Positions 24,031 to 36,258 of a DNA stretch of 64,000 nucleotides are shown in pieces; position 1 is the first letter of the stretch; the number at the start of each line of letters is the position of its first letter. Where the stretch lies: positions 116,314,001 through 116,378,000 of the forward strand of contig NC_045697.1 in NCBI RefSeq assembly GCF_009834535.1. Reading direction: 5' to 3'. The notes beneath the pieces are model-generated. The model was given only the letters and a program-made list of their open reading frames with translations. It did not search any database and was not told the origin of the DNA. The DNA is from Camelus ferus. Lineage: Eukaryota. A program made the translations under genes and the position numbers.

Positions 24031-25213
24031 TTCACAAACTCATTTTAAGAGCAAAGTGTGGCAGCATAGTGAATCCGTTCTTGGATCAAGTGAGGAGTCA
24101 TTTCATTTCAGACCCCTTAACTAGTATCTGGGAGGGCAACCCGTCCCCTGGCTGGCTGCACAGAAGAGGGTAAAGGTGTAACAAACAAGCTGCAAAAATG
24201 TAAAGTGGACCCATCTGTTGAGCACTGCTTGCTTGCTTCTTAGAATTAGACATTTCTCAATAATCCAAATAGCGGGTTCACGTGTTTTTCTTACAACCTA
24301 TTTGCAGCCGTTTTTAAGCCACCTTCACTCCTTTATTATAGATTTTACAAGGTTGAGAAGCACCACTTACTAGTCTAAATTGCCCTGATCTAAGCTGCAG
24401 TCACGTCCTGCCACCTAGAAATAAACAATCCCTCCCCACTGTCCTGACCATCCGGGGACAGAGAAGGAAACCGCCGTGTTTCAGCCAAGCTCAGAAACGT
24501 TATTTTAGTAAATTACATTTTAACTCGTCTGTCACTGTGATGTGCCTTGCCATTTTAATGCCTACATTCAAAGTGGTAAGTTCCTCTTCTTTTCTCTTTT
24601 GAGGTAAACCTGGCATTAAGTCGCTGGTATGTTTCACAATGCACAGCATCATACCAGCTGTTTCTGCCCAGTGTTAGCGACGCTCCTCTCTTTGGTCCAG
24701 GCAGAAATTACCATCATCACTCAGCGCACTAACTGAGCGATGCCTTCCCGCTCAGCTCTTCCCAGTGTGGGCAAAACCAGTGCCACCCTCCCCTAATGCT
24801 ATGATTTCCAGTCTATCCATATTGCTTAGTATCCTGCCCCATTTTTCTATTTAAAAAAAATTTTTTTTTATCTTGAAGTCCACTTTTCTATTCTTTAATT
24901 TGCACTGGCAGGTTAACTATATTAGCACTGGTCTCTCTGCAACTCTAATAATAAGAAACTCAATGATCACAAAGTCAGAAATGACATGGGGCCAAATGGA
25001 CACCTGCAAGTAGAATGAAGCCACACTCCCTCCTGGGACCTTTTGTACAAATCAAAAAGTAAACTCTCTCATGCAAAACAGTGCATTTAAAGGAAATACT
25101 TATTCTTGCAGTGATGTTGTCAACTATTTGACTCTCACAGAGAGAGAAGCTGCCTGTCTAAAATATGCATGGAGGACGTGTGAGAGAAGGGACAGTGGGG
25201 GCACCGGCCAGAT

Positions 25214-25510
25214 CAGGGGGCATGAGCCATGACCCGTGGGCCAAATTTGGCTCGACCCCTGGTGTTGTGCAGTTGAAAATGGTCTCCATCTTTGTAAGTG
25301 GTTGGAAAAATGAAAAGAAGGCTATTTTGTGACACGTGAAGTTATGTGAAATTCTAATTTGGGTGTCCAGAAATGAAGTTTTATTGGAATAGAGGCACAT
25401 GGTTATTCTGTGTATGGCCTGTGGCTGCTTGGGTGCTACAAGACAGCGCTGAGCAGGGGTGACAGAAACATTCACTGTCTGGCCCTTAATAGGACAGTTT
25501 CCCCACCTCT
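25214..25510. mobile_element. MER58B-like hAT-Charlie element
   Basis: ccgtgggccaaatttggc...aagttttattggaa...ctgtctggccctt...cctctgctctag. Confidence 0.8.
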
Positions 25511-25563
25511 GCTCTAGCCCAGAGGGCTGGACCAGCAAGGAACATGGCCCTCTCCACCCTGCA

Positions 25564-26150
25564 TTTTTTTTTAATTGAAGTATAGTCAGCTTACAATGTT
25601 GTGTCAATTTCTAGTGTACAGCACATACATATTCCTTTTCATATTCTTTTTCATTACAGGTCACTACAAGATATTGAATGTAGTTCCCTGTGCTGTACAG
25701 AAGAAACTTGCTGTTTATCTATTTTATATATAAGAGTATCTGCAAATCTCAAACCTCCAAGTTATCCTTTCCTACCCCCTTTCCCACTGTAACCGTAAGT
25801 TTGTTTTATATGTTTGTGAATCTTTTTCAGTTTTGTGAATAAGTTCATTTGTCTTTTTTTTAAGATTCCACTTATAAGTGAGATCATATGGCATTTCTCT
25901 TTCCCTTTCTGACTTACTTCATTTAGTATGATGATCTCCAGGTCCATCTGTGTTGTTACAAATGGCAACATTTTATTCTTATTTATGGCTGAGTAGTATT
26001 CCATTGTAGATGTATACCACAACTTCTTTATCCAGTCATCTGTCGATGGGCGTTTAGGTTGTTTCCATGTCTTGGCTGGTGTAACTAGTGCTGTGATGAA
26101 CACTGGGGTGCATGTCTCTTTTCGAATTGGAGTTCTCTCTGGATATATTT
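25564..26150 (-). mobile_element. L1 3' end
   Basis: ORF 25762-26160 (-) contains TPVFITALVTPAKTWKQPKRPSTDDWIKKLWY (L1 ORF2 C-terminus). TSD ccctgcatttt. Confidence 0.9.
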
Positions 26151-26539
26151 GGCCCTGCATTTTGTGAAGATGGGTTCTGATGGGGCCCCTGGCTTGCCTC
26201 TACTTCTGTGTTGTTTCAGTGTAAATCCATATCCTCCACTTTGAGAGCATAAACACCAAACAAGTGATAATTCAGCATAAAAAAACAGAGGGTCAAGGAG
26301 TGACTTTAAATAACTTCCTGTGGTATTAAAAATAGATTATGAAGGGAGTGTGCATCTCCCTGAATAAATCTACCTTCGCGCTACCAAAAAAAAAAAAAAA
26401 AAGTAAATTGTAAAGCAGTAAAACGTTGCATGGGGGGTGTGTGTGTGTGTGTGTATGTGTGTAAGATGTCTTCTCTTCTGTGAGGCGTTTCCCTGTATGC
26501 TCTGTGGCAGACAAGTCAGAGACCAGTGCATCGTCCACC

Positions 26540-27010
26540 TTCCTAGAGAGCTGCCATTGTGTTTGGTTGTCTGCTCTGGCCCCATGTGATTCAGGGTTCA
26601 ACCCTGATTCATCCATGCCAGTCCCTGAAATTCCAGTCCTCTTGCCAGCGCTCGGTTTTAGGAAGAGAGAAATTACTCAGTAATGACCAATAAAATGAGA
26701 GAGGAATGCACCTGAGGTTTTCGAGGAAAGGCGTCTCCACTGATGAAACACACATCCCACCCTGCCTCTTGGGCATTGTGGGATCTGCATGGGACACCTG
26801 GAACAGCTGCAGCCTCCTTGGGCCTGAAGGCAGCCTGCTACCCTGAGGCCACAGAACACGGAGCTGGGAGGAGGCTGTGCTTCTGAAGACACCACTGAGC
26901 GACTGAGTTAAGCAACCCAGGATTCCTCAGACTTTAGAAAATCTTAGTATATGACAATGATTTCTCTTATTATTTAAGTCACTTGTGACCAATTTCCTGT
27001 TACTTGCAGT
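26540..27010 (+). mobile_element. Old MLT1 (H/J/K-like) LTR fragment
   Basis: ctgcagcctccttgggcctga...caccactgagcgactga...tttaagtcactt...tcctgttacttgcag. Confidence 0.55.
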
Positions 27011-27702
27011 ACTCTGGTGGGTTTTATTGGTTCTGCATATGTAGATCTTGTTAGCATCTTTTTTCATGGGAATGTCTGGAGCCTGCCTCCATGAAGGTAA
27101 AGAATTCTTATATTAAATTGACTATTTTAGGCACGCTTATACTAGGAAAATCCCAAGCCAAAATCAAACCGAAACAATGAAACCTATTTATTATTATCTT
27201 CTTAGGTTCCCCCTTCGGGTGACATAAACAGGTGGATAAACCACCTGGTTGCAAAGTTTTGTCAAGATGAGTCTGTCAGTTTTATTTTCCAAGTAAAAGG
27301 TCCAGAGACGTTTGTAAAACTTTTGCTCCTGCCTTCTTGCTGTGCTCACCGGGAAAGATGCGGAATTTTAGATTTTTGGATGATATCAGCACCTTCATGA
27401 TGAAGTAGTCATTCTTGCAACAAATACTACCAAGCATTTGACTAGCGCGTGGCACTGGCCGGGATGCTGTGGAAGCTTCAATGCAAACAGAAGACAGTTC
27501 AAATCTCCAAAGGGAACTAACCAGGGATTGCTTGACCAGCAGATGGACAAGGCACACACTCCTGAAACAGCCGGAAAAGCTGAGCACCCCATGACCTGTG
27601 GCTCAAACCGCACTTTGAGGTTTCAGTGAGTGACAGCATCTGTCCTGAGAGCAGACGGTGCTTCCTGAAGGAGGCAAACGTGGTCCTCTTTAGACTGCAC
27701 AG

Positions 27703-28033
27703 TGTGACCGTCCATCTGTGATGCTGTAACACAATGGCACAGGCCAGGTGACCTATGAGCAACAGAAGTTTATTTCCTACAGTCCTGGAGGCTGGGCATC
27801 CGAGATCAAGGCTCCTGGTGAGAGCAGATTCAGTGTCTGGGGCCAAGGGGGCCACTTTCTGGTGCACAAGTGGCCCTTTTCCACAATAAACTCACATGGC
27901 CGACGTGGGGAGGGGCTCTTTGGGGTCTCGGTTATAATCATGCCCCAAAGGCTTCACCTCCAAACACCATCACATTGAGCCTTAGGAGTTAACATATGAA
28001 TCTGGGGGACACAGAAGCATTCGGTCCGTAACA
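27703..28033 (-). mobile_element. MLT1A-type MaLR LTR
   Basis: acagaagtttatttcctacagtcctggaggctggg...gatcaagg...caccatcacattg...aacatatgaatctgggggacaca...gtaaca. Confidence 0.8.
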
Positions 28034-28409
28034 TAACGAGAAACCAGGAAACCTGAGGCCACGTCAACCTTTGTTCACTCTGACCCAGCGCTGGGTACCT
28101 GGTAGGCACCACCAATATTAGCTGAACCATCGGCTGAACTGTGTATAAGCAGCAGGTGAATTCTCGAATTCTTTATAACTCTGAAATCCAATTTATAATT
28201 CTCTGTGTAATTTCCTCGTATCGTAGCATGTATCGAGGTTGCCGTGGTAACACAATAATCCTACGAGATTATTGGAGGCTGCCTCTGATGTTTTCAGATT
28301 GTTCACAGGAGGTTTATTGTCTGAGGGAAGAACAAAGGTTTGTAGCAAGGATGTTTCTGCCTGAGACTTATTTGGCGCTCTCAGAAATTTAACAAACTGA
28401 ATATTGGTT

Positions 28410-30100
28410 TTTCTTCCAGTTTTGTTAAGATGCAATTGACATATGGCACGGCATGAGTTTAAGGTGTAATATTTTATGCATCATGACTGGACTTGCATGC
28501 ATCATGACTGGACTTGCATACATCATGAAGTGACGGTCACAGTGTTTCGTGAACATCCCTCATCTCATCTCATACACGTTCAAAATAGAAGAAATAGAAA
28601 CAAAACTTTTTCTTGTGATGAGAACTTAGGATTTACCCTCAACAACTGTCATGTGTAACCTGGATCGGTGGTAATTGTATTCTTCATGTTGTACATTACA
28701 TCCCGAGTCCTGATTTATCTTATAACCGGGCGTCTGTTCATGCTGACTGCCTTCACCGAAACCCCTCTCCCCCACGACCCGCCCTCCTGCCCCTGGTGAC
28801 CACAAACAAGTCTGACGTCTTTTCCCATGGGTTGGTTGGTTTCTGAAGTGTAATTGACCTGAAACACTAGGTTAGTTCCTGTTACACAGCATAGTAATTT
28901 GGTGTGTCTGTATATTTCAAAGTGATCACCACAATAAGCCTAGTTGTCATGTTCACCATACTAAGTTATTACATAACTGTTGACTATTTCCCACACTGTA
29001 CATAGCGCTCTCCGTGTGTGATCATCGTAAGTTGCTGATCTCTTCAGTTCAAACGCATTTCAACAACCCTGCAGTTTTACTCCCCGCCCCCAACATTTGC
29101 TGTCTTTGACACCCTGTTCTACATCTGTTTGCTCTGTGTACCCCTTGACTACACTTATTGCAGGTGTAGATGATTTTATCCTTTCATCTTTTAACCTCCC
29201 ACCAGCTTTCCACGTGGCTGATTCGCTGCCTTTACTGTAGCTTTGCCTCTACCTTTTGTAATTTGCGTGTTTCTGGCGGTGGCCTTCTCGTTTTTGGTTA
29301 GAGAAGTCCCTTTAACATTTCTTGGGAGCTGGCTTGACAGTGCCGAACTCTTAGCTTTGCTTGTCTGTAAGGCTTTCCATCTCTCCATCGATCTGATTCA
29401 GAACTTGCAGGGCGAAGTGTTCTTTGCTCTAGGGTTTTCCCTTTTGTCACTTTAAACATACCGTGCCGCTCCCTTCTGCCCTGCAGAGTTCCTGCTGAGA
29501 AGTTGGCTGGTAGCCTTACAGGAGTTCCCTTGAATGTTATTGTTTGCTTTTCACTTGGTGCTTTTAATAGTCTCTACTTATCTTTAATTTTTGTCATATT
29601 AATTACAGCATGACTTGGTGTGGTCCTCTTTGGGTTGCTTCTGTTTGGGATTCTCTGTGCTTCCTGGAGTTGGATGTCTTTCCTTTCCCAGGTGAGGGAA
29701 GTTTGCCGCTATTTTGTCTTCAGATATGTTTTCTGCCCCCTTCTCTCTTTCTTCTCCTTCTAGGACCCCTATAATGTCAATGTTAGTGTCTTGATGTTGT
29801 CCCAGAAGTCTCTCAAACTGTCCTCATTTCTTTTTATTTTTTTCTGTTCTGTGGTAGTGATTTCCACTCCTCTGCCTTCCAGCTCACTGATCTGTTCCTC
29901 TGGAGCATTTAGACCATTGTTGATTCCTTCTGTGTATTTTTCATTTCAGTTATTGTATTTTTCGTCTGTTTACTTGTTCTCTATATTTTCTGAATCCTTG
30001 TTAAAAACTTCTTAACTTCTCTCTCTGTTCATCCATTCTTCTCCCAAGTTCTTTGATCATCTTTACGATCATTACCCTGAGCTCTTTCTTAGGTAGATTT
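28410..30100 (-). mobile_element. L1: 3'UTR (28410-29005) abutting inter-ORF and ORF1 sequence (29025-30100)
   Basis: 3'UTR motifs (ttttcttgtgatgagaactta, gatttatcttataac); ORF1 antisense motifs (ctgctgagaagttggctggtagcctta, ggtgtggtcctctttgggtt, cttctaggacccctataatg). Confidence 0.8.
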
Positions 30101-30379
30101 TGGTTACAGTTTTCTCTGTTCATGGATATACGCGCCTGAATATGTGTTTGGAGTGAAATCTTTTTTTTTGTTGTTTCCCATTTTGGCTTATTCTTTACAA
30201 TAAAAGAACTATTTCCTTGGTGAAAGAAAGAGAAGAGAGAAAGAGAAAAAAAGCAAAAAAAAAAAAAAAAAAGGAGGAGGCTTGGCTCACTTTACAAAGA
30301 CACTAGTTAGCGATCCTAAGAAATCTGGATAAAAAACTTACAGAAACAAGAGAACATTTCACGTTTTTTAGGAGAAGGG

Positions 30380-30700
30380 ATGTTACTTTATCTGAGTTTT
30401 GGATTACTCTTGGCAGCTGATGGAGGATGGACCGGATAAGAGAGAAACTGGAGCCATGACTGGTTAGGAGGTTATCATGATAAACCAGACGAAAGATGCT
30501 GAAAGACTGTTTGCCAGCACTGCCTGCCTCTCACCGAGAAGAGACGCCCCTTGAAGGCAAGGTCTTGGCTTTGTTTCCTGTTGTATCCCCCACACTCAGA
30601 ACAGTGCTGGGCACATAGTCCAATAAATATTTGTTACATAAATGAATACATAAATCAGCGAGAGAGTAAATGAATAGATGAGTTAATGAATTAACTGAAA
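30380..30700. mobile_element. L2 fragments
   Basis: gaaggcaaggtcttggctttgttt...gaacagtgctgggcacatag...aataaatatttgttacataaatgaat (L2 3' end). Confidence 0.65.
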
Positions 30701-30918
30701 CACCGCAGATGAAGAGCGGAGGTCAGAAAAAGACATTTGCCTCGGCACGGAATTTTCTGAATTCTCTTGTTCTACTGACACAAGCTACTGCCGGGTCCTT
30801 TCCAAGTGTTGATGAAGTGTTGACAAGCAGATGAAGTTTGTTGGAAACTCTCCCAGATTCGCCTGTCTGTGTTCTTCCCAGCCTCTGTGGCACCTGCTTC
30901 TTTAGTGTCCACTGTCTT

Positions 30919-31256
30919 CAGAGGTTGGCAAACTACGGCTGCTGGATCAAACTTGTCCTGCCACTTGCTTTGGCAGGGCATGTGGGCAAAGAATGGCTTT
31001 TACCTTTTCAAATAGTTGGGGGTGGGGAAAGCAAATGAGTAATGGTTTGTAACATGTGAAAACTGAAATTATAACGTCTTTGTCTACAAAGGTTTATTGG
31101 AAGACAGCCATGCTCACTCGTTTACACAGTGTCCAGAGCTGCTTTTGGCCCACGAGGGCAGAGCTTAGTAGTTGAGACGGAGGTTGTATGCCCCGCATGC
31201 AAAGCCAAAAATTTTTCCTCTCTGGCCCTTTACAGGAAAAGTTTGCACACCCCTGG
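30919..31256. mobile_element. MER58B-like hAT-Charlie element
   Basis: cagaggttggcaaactacggc...tttattggaagacagccatgctcactcgttta...tctggccctttacaggaaaagtttgcacacccctg. Confidence 0.85.
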
Positions 31257-31624
31257 TCTAGAAGCACTCTCGAGAAACACTTCGATGCTTATTCACAGTA
31301 AGAAATAAATCGTTTATCACTGATAAAGCTCCCAAAACATATTTTACAAAATGTAACAAGTAAGACAAAGCATCAAATTGCAACAAGAAACAAACAAGAA
31401 AGAGGAAGAGACACTGATGATAATACTGCTGTATCTCAGGTGTCAGGTTCTCAGATAAGCACATCTTTAAGTAAAATTAATTAATTAACCCTCATCTTCC
31501 AGCAAGGCCACCAGATAGGCGTCACTGTTCCTGCTTAATAGATGAGAAGCTTCAACTCAGAGGCCTGGGTCACAAAGCCAGCACAAGACAAAGCCAGGAT
31601 TGGACCCTACAGTAGTTTTAATTT

Positions 31625-31712
31625 CTTTTTTTTTTAAATGGAGGTACTGGGGATTGAACCTGGGACCTCATACATGTTAAGCATACGCTCTACCGCTGAG
31701 CTAAACCCCTCC
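31625..31712 (-). mobile_element. vic-1-type SINE
   Basis: aatggaggtactggggattgaacctgggacctc...gctctaccgctgagcta. Confidence 0.9.
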
Positions 31713-32884
31713 ACCCCCTGCCATTCCTGCACTAGTTTAGCTTCAAAAACGCATCCTTGACTGTAACTTTAGAATTTCAGAACCAGAGGAGGAAGTCACG
31801 TTGGGTGCGTACAGGGGAGACGGAAAGCGGGCTCTACTCCCTGTCCTTGAGATCACAGTTTCTCCAGGGCAGGAAGGTGCAGAAACAGGACGCACAAAGC
31901 TTGACGCAGGTGTTAGTGGAAGCACGTCTCCTTCCCCATCACGACATGGCGCTCACGGCGGAGGACCGACGCTGGGCAGCTCTGTTTATGTAGCACAGCT
32001 GTGAGTGGTCCCACGGGAGCTGGTCCTCAGCCGTGAGTGAGAACTCCAAAGAAGACGGGCACTTGAGGGTTTTGTTAACCCAGGAGCTGCCAACTTCACG
32101 GCTGGCGAATGAGGGCTGGAATTTTGGGGAAAAGAATGGAAGAGCCAAAAAAGCCTGCCATATGATGAGAAAAGTTAACTCCCTACGGGATGTTGCAACA
32201 GCAGCCAAACAAAGATGCCAGTTGTTAAAGGAAGAGTTAAGACACCGTGGATTGGACAGGAGTTGGAAATTTTGACCTTTTAAGCAGGGAATTGGATCCA
32301 GCAGAGAGTCCAGGCTCTGGGGAATGAGGGTTAGGGGAGGAAAAGTGGGTCATGTTAAGAAAACACCCATAAAACTGCCCATCAGGAGAGCCACATGTCT
32401 GTGTTGCTGGATGGGTGGTGATAGGCGGACCTTCGGTTAGGTCAGCCCTGGGCCGGCTCCGGGGGACTGCTGTGAGCTTGGTGTCCTGTACCTGGTGCCT
32501 GCATCAGCTGTGGTGACCAGGGGGCGTCGTCCCAGAACTTTCTGTGCCTTGCACACAGCATCCCGCTATTCCTAAAGCACGGATGAGGAGATGGGGGTTC
32601 AGGAAAGTCCCGTGACTTGACTGAAAAGCCACCGAGAACCTTGAGTCTCTGGGGAGCCCATCCCCACGCTTTGTTTGCAGAGCACACGTACTTCTCACTC
32701 TTTGGTCTGAAACAAAGGGTCTAGACTCAGGTGCCAAGGAATTGCTCTTTTAAAAAAAAATGGACTGCGGTCCACAGGGTGAAGAAGGAAAGACGGCGTA
32801 TAGACGCTTCTCTCACATTCGCAGCAGTGTGAGGGGACGACGAAATTTTAGCAACAACTAAAACATCACACAGAGGGTCATTAT

Positions 32885-33165
32885 GTCCCCCAAATCAGCA
32901 GGTGTCTGCAGGATGCCTGCAGGTGGCCCAACAGGGACAAAAGATCCGTGTTTACGTAAGTTTGGGAAACGCTAGGTTATTGGACACAGGTTGATCTACC
33001 GCTGGATTTCTCAGGACTGTTAACATGTTTTCATATTCTGGGAAATTCTAAAAGGCAACCGGACAGTATTCCCAAGTGTACTGACGGTGGACCACCCCTG
33101 CCCCGACCCAGACGTCTCCATGCCACTCATGGGAACAGCATTTGGGGAATATTTGGGAAAACACC
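32885..33165. mobile_element. Charlie4-like hAT fragment
   Basis: aagtttgggaaacgctaggtta...ctggatttctcaggactgttaacatg...cagtattcccaag. Confidence 0.5.
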
Positions 33166-34529
33166 GACCTCAGCATACCCTGAAATTTCAGTTAGACGAA
33201 TGAATACAACTCTAATTTCATCTTGTTTGGAGATGGTGAAATTTTACTGACAGCAGGGGTTTCGTAGGAGAGCCCTCAGGTAGCTGTCACGTTGGGAGAG
33301 AAAAGAGTTTCCGCGGTCTGGCCGTTCACCAGAGCAGTTGTACCTGAGTGGGAACTGGACCCACTGGCGAACACGCAGGCATCACCAGGAGCCGTGGTGA
33401 CTAGGGGCTGGGCAAATATCCGCCCACATCCTGCATCTGGAGAGCCACTTCTCACATTTTCAACTTCTCTGGAAAGCTTTGATGACTTTTCTAGGCACAG
33501 ACCTGTTACCACACCAACCACTCACTCCATCCGAGCATCTGGTCAGAATGTCGCCCACCTGTGCTCTCTGTAAACTCTGAGCATCCCTGACCCAGAACAA
33601 AATGAAGGGGCTGCAGGGCTGGGGGGGGGGGGGTAGCCAGGTGACACCACGACTGCAGCCAAGGCAGCTTCCCCCTCCCAGGCCTGGGGTCAACTTTGGG
33701 TAAGAGGAGTGACGTTCCTTCTTTGTGTCCCCAGTCTGCCTGGACCGTCCTGCACCTGCGTTGGTTCCGGGCCTTCTGAAACTCCTCTGGGGCCAGCAGC
33801 TCACTGTCGACTTTATGCAGGACCATTCTCCCCGAAAGTCTTAGCTCCTTTATATGCTCACATCCTTAACTTTCAGTACCAAGTTTACCTCGGGGGTCAG
33901 CCACCCAGACCTCCTCTTATTTTTGTTTGTTTCACCCACTTCCACAATTCCTTGATTCCTTTTTGTTCATTGTCTTACATTTAAAAGGCCAATATATCTT
34001 AAATACCCCTGCCTTTGGGCATCACCTGTTAGACAGTGTCCTTCTCATCTGATAATTTCTTCCCTCTTCCAACGGCTTCTGATACATTTGGGGGAATTTT
34101 CTAATTCTCGTTTCAGGCTTTTATCCGTGTAGCTAAAACATCCCGATGTCTAAAGGCCTGCCTCCTGCAAACGTGGCCTGCGTGAGGATTTTTAGAGTAC
34201 AGAACATGTCTGCATTAAGCCGGTTAGAAACAAAGCCGTGGCGTGGGGCGATTAAGACTCCAAACTGTGAGCCAGCCTGTGGGGGAGGGAAGGGCTCGAT
34301 CGCTGTGGCTCTGGACAAGGGACCAAGCTTTCTGTGCCTCGTTCCCCAGTGATAAACTGGCGGAAACAATGCTCCCTGCTCCCTTTGGATGGTATAAGAA
34401 TTAATTGCATTAACGCATCTCAAAGGTTTATAACAGCACCTAGAACCAGGAAATGCTGTACCATCATTAGCTGCTATTATTTCTACCGCTAGAATAACAA
34501 AAGCACCTTAGAAGAAAGTGTGGTGATTA

Positions 34530-34847
34530 TTTATTTTTTAAACTGATGTTTATTTATTTTTTAAATTGACGTATAGTCAGTTTACAATGTTGTGTCAGTT
34601 CCTTGTGTACAGCATCGTGATTCAGTCATACACATACATACATGTATTTGTTCTCATTCTTTTTCATTATAGGTTACTGCAAGATACTGAACGTACCTCC
34701 TTGTGCTTTACCATAGGACCTTGTTGTTTATCTATTTTATATACAGTAGTGTGTGTCTGCAAATCTCGAACTCCCGATTTATCCCTTCCCACCCCCTTTC
34801 CCCCTTGCTAACCATAAGTTTGCTCTCCATGTCTGTCTGTGAGTCTG
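34530..34847 (-). mobile_element. L1 3' end immediately upstream of the SPMIP2 exon acceptor
   Basis: aattgacgtatagtcagtttacaatgttgtgtc...ccataagtttgctctccatgtctgtctgtgagtctg. Confidence 0.9.
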
Positions 34848-34880
34848 ATTCTTCTAAACATATTCTTTTCTCTGTTGAAG

Positions 34881-35113
34881 GCCCAGATTATGTAAAGGAC
34901 TATCTACCGAAGGTTCCCCAACACACCGCCTATATCGGAGAAAAGCGTCCAGCCCTAGAAAAAACGGGAGATCTCCAGTATCTCTGGAGACCCGCCTCCA
35001 ACCGAAGCTTACCAGCAAAATACAAGTCTGAGTACGTGGGTGAAATCGGTTGGGGAATACCACAGTATGGTTTTATCAACAGAACAAGGCTTCAGACTGG
35101 CTTTCACATCAAG
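34881..35113 (+). CDS. SPMIP2: Internal coding exon of SPMIP2/C4orf45 (sperm microtubule inner protein 2), probably exon 2
   Basis: Encodes (G)PDYVKDYLPKVPQHTAYIGEKRPALEKTGDLQYLWRPASNRSLPAKYKSEYVGEIGWGIPQYGFINRTRLQTGFHIK, closely matching human C4orf45 as I recall it (GPDYIKDYLPKIHQHTSYVGE...EKTGDLRYLWRPASNRSLPAKYK...GFHIK). Acceptor ttcttttctctgttgaAG at 34879-80; donor AAG|GTattg at 35114. 233 nt, phase 1 to phase 0. Confidence 0.93.
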
Positions 35114-35759
35114 GTATTGATCTTGAATTTGCATTCCTCCTGGCGTCTTGTTTTTCTGGTTCAAATGCTCCCTGCGTTGGCTTCCACAGGAAACGTCATG
35201 CCCATGACCTGTCATGGCGAAGCAGTGGCAAATGAGTTTTTGCAGAAAGATGAGTGTGTGCATCAGTGTACTTCCTACGGCCCTTCCCTTCATCCCTTTA
35301 AGACAGGAGAGGAGGGATGTGAAGAAAATGAAGCTGTGGGCAATCCAAGAGCATTTGCACTTGGCTTTGGAACGCAGTCAGATTCCATCTAGGCTGTGAC
35401 ATTCACACATGTCCCCCATTCTCGCGCTGCTTTGTGAGTGGGTGGTGTGAAAGGGGAGGCCTGTGCTGGGACTTCCTCCACAAACCCAGAAACCCGCCCA
35501 GGGCTCTAAAACCCACTGTGTGGATCACGCCTTGAAGCCAGACCATCCAGGCTGTGGAACCAGAGGGCTCCTAGGAACCTTGTCTTATTTCCGTTCTGAT
35601 GTGGATGCAGGCATGAGTCCATGCAGTCTCCCCGGAAACGGAAAAGAGCACGGGTGATTTTAGAAGCAAAATTTGAGAAATGGGACTTTTTTTTTTTTTT
35701 CCAGGCAGACCCTTAGCCTGGAAATTGAACATATATCAATTAAGCATTAACTGGATTTC

Positions 35760-36258
35760 TTTTTTCTCTTTTTTTATATTGAAGTATAGTTGATTTACAA
35801 TGTTGTGTTAATTTCTGGTGTACAGCATAGTGATACAGTTACACACATACATGTATATATATTCCTTTTCATATTCTTTTTCATTACAGGTTATTACAAG
35901 GTATTGAATATAATTCTCTGCGCTGTACAGTAGGACCATATTGTTCATCCACTGTTTTTTGTTTCGTTTTGTTTTGCTTGGTTTTTGTTTTTCGGGTTTT
36001 TTGGGGGGCGGGGGGAAGGTAATTGAGTTTATTTATTTTAACAGAGGTACCAGGGATTGAACCCAGGACCTCATGCATGCTAAGCACGCGCTCTGCCACT
36101 GAGCTGTACCCTCCCCCGTCCATCTCTTCTGTACACAGTAGTGTGTATCTGCTAATCCCAAACTCCCAACTTACCCCTCCCTCTCCGCTGCCCCACTGGT
36201 AACCACAGGTTTGCTCCCTACGTCTGTGAGTCTCTTTCTGTTTCGTGAATAAGTTCAG
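35760..36258 (-). mobile_element. L1 3' end containing a nested SINE
   Basis: attgaagtatagttgatttacaatg...aataagttca. TSD taactggatttctt / taactgaatttctt. Confidence 0.9.
35955..36117 (-). mobile_element. vic-1-type SINE nested in L1
   Basis: - strand ggggagggtacagctcagtggcagagcgcgtgcttagcatgcatgaggtcctgggttcaatccc (tRNA-Ala-AGC-like head) plus A-rich tail. Confidence 0.9.

Noticed and set aside
1..34880. SPMIP2 first coding exon
   Set aside because: No sequence encoding a MAS...GKQMIFT-like peptide followed by G|GT was found by eye. It is probably upstream of the window.
34703..35392. 229-aa ORF as a stand-alone gene
   Set aside because: The N-terminus is antisense L1 and the C-terminus is intron. 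Only 34881-35113 is bounded by splice sites and homologous to SPMIP2.
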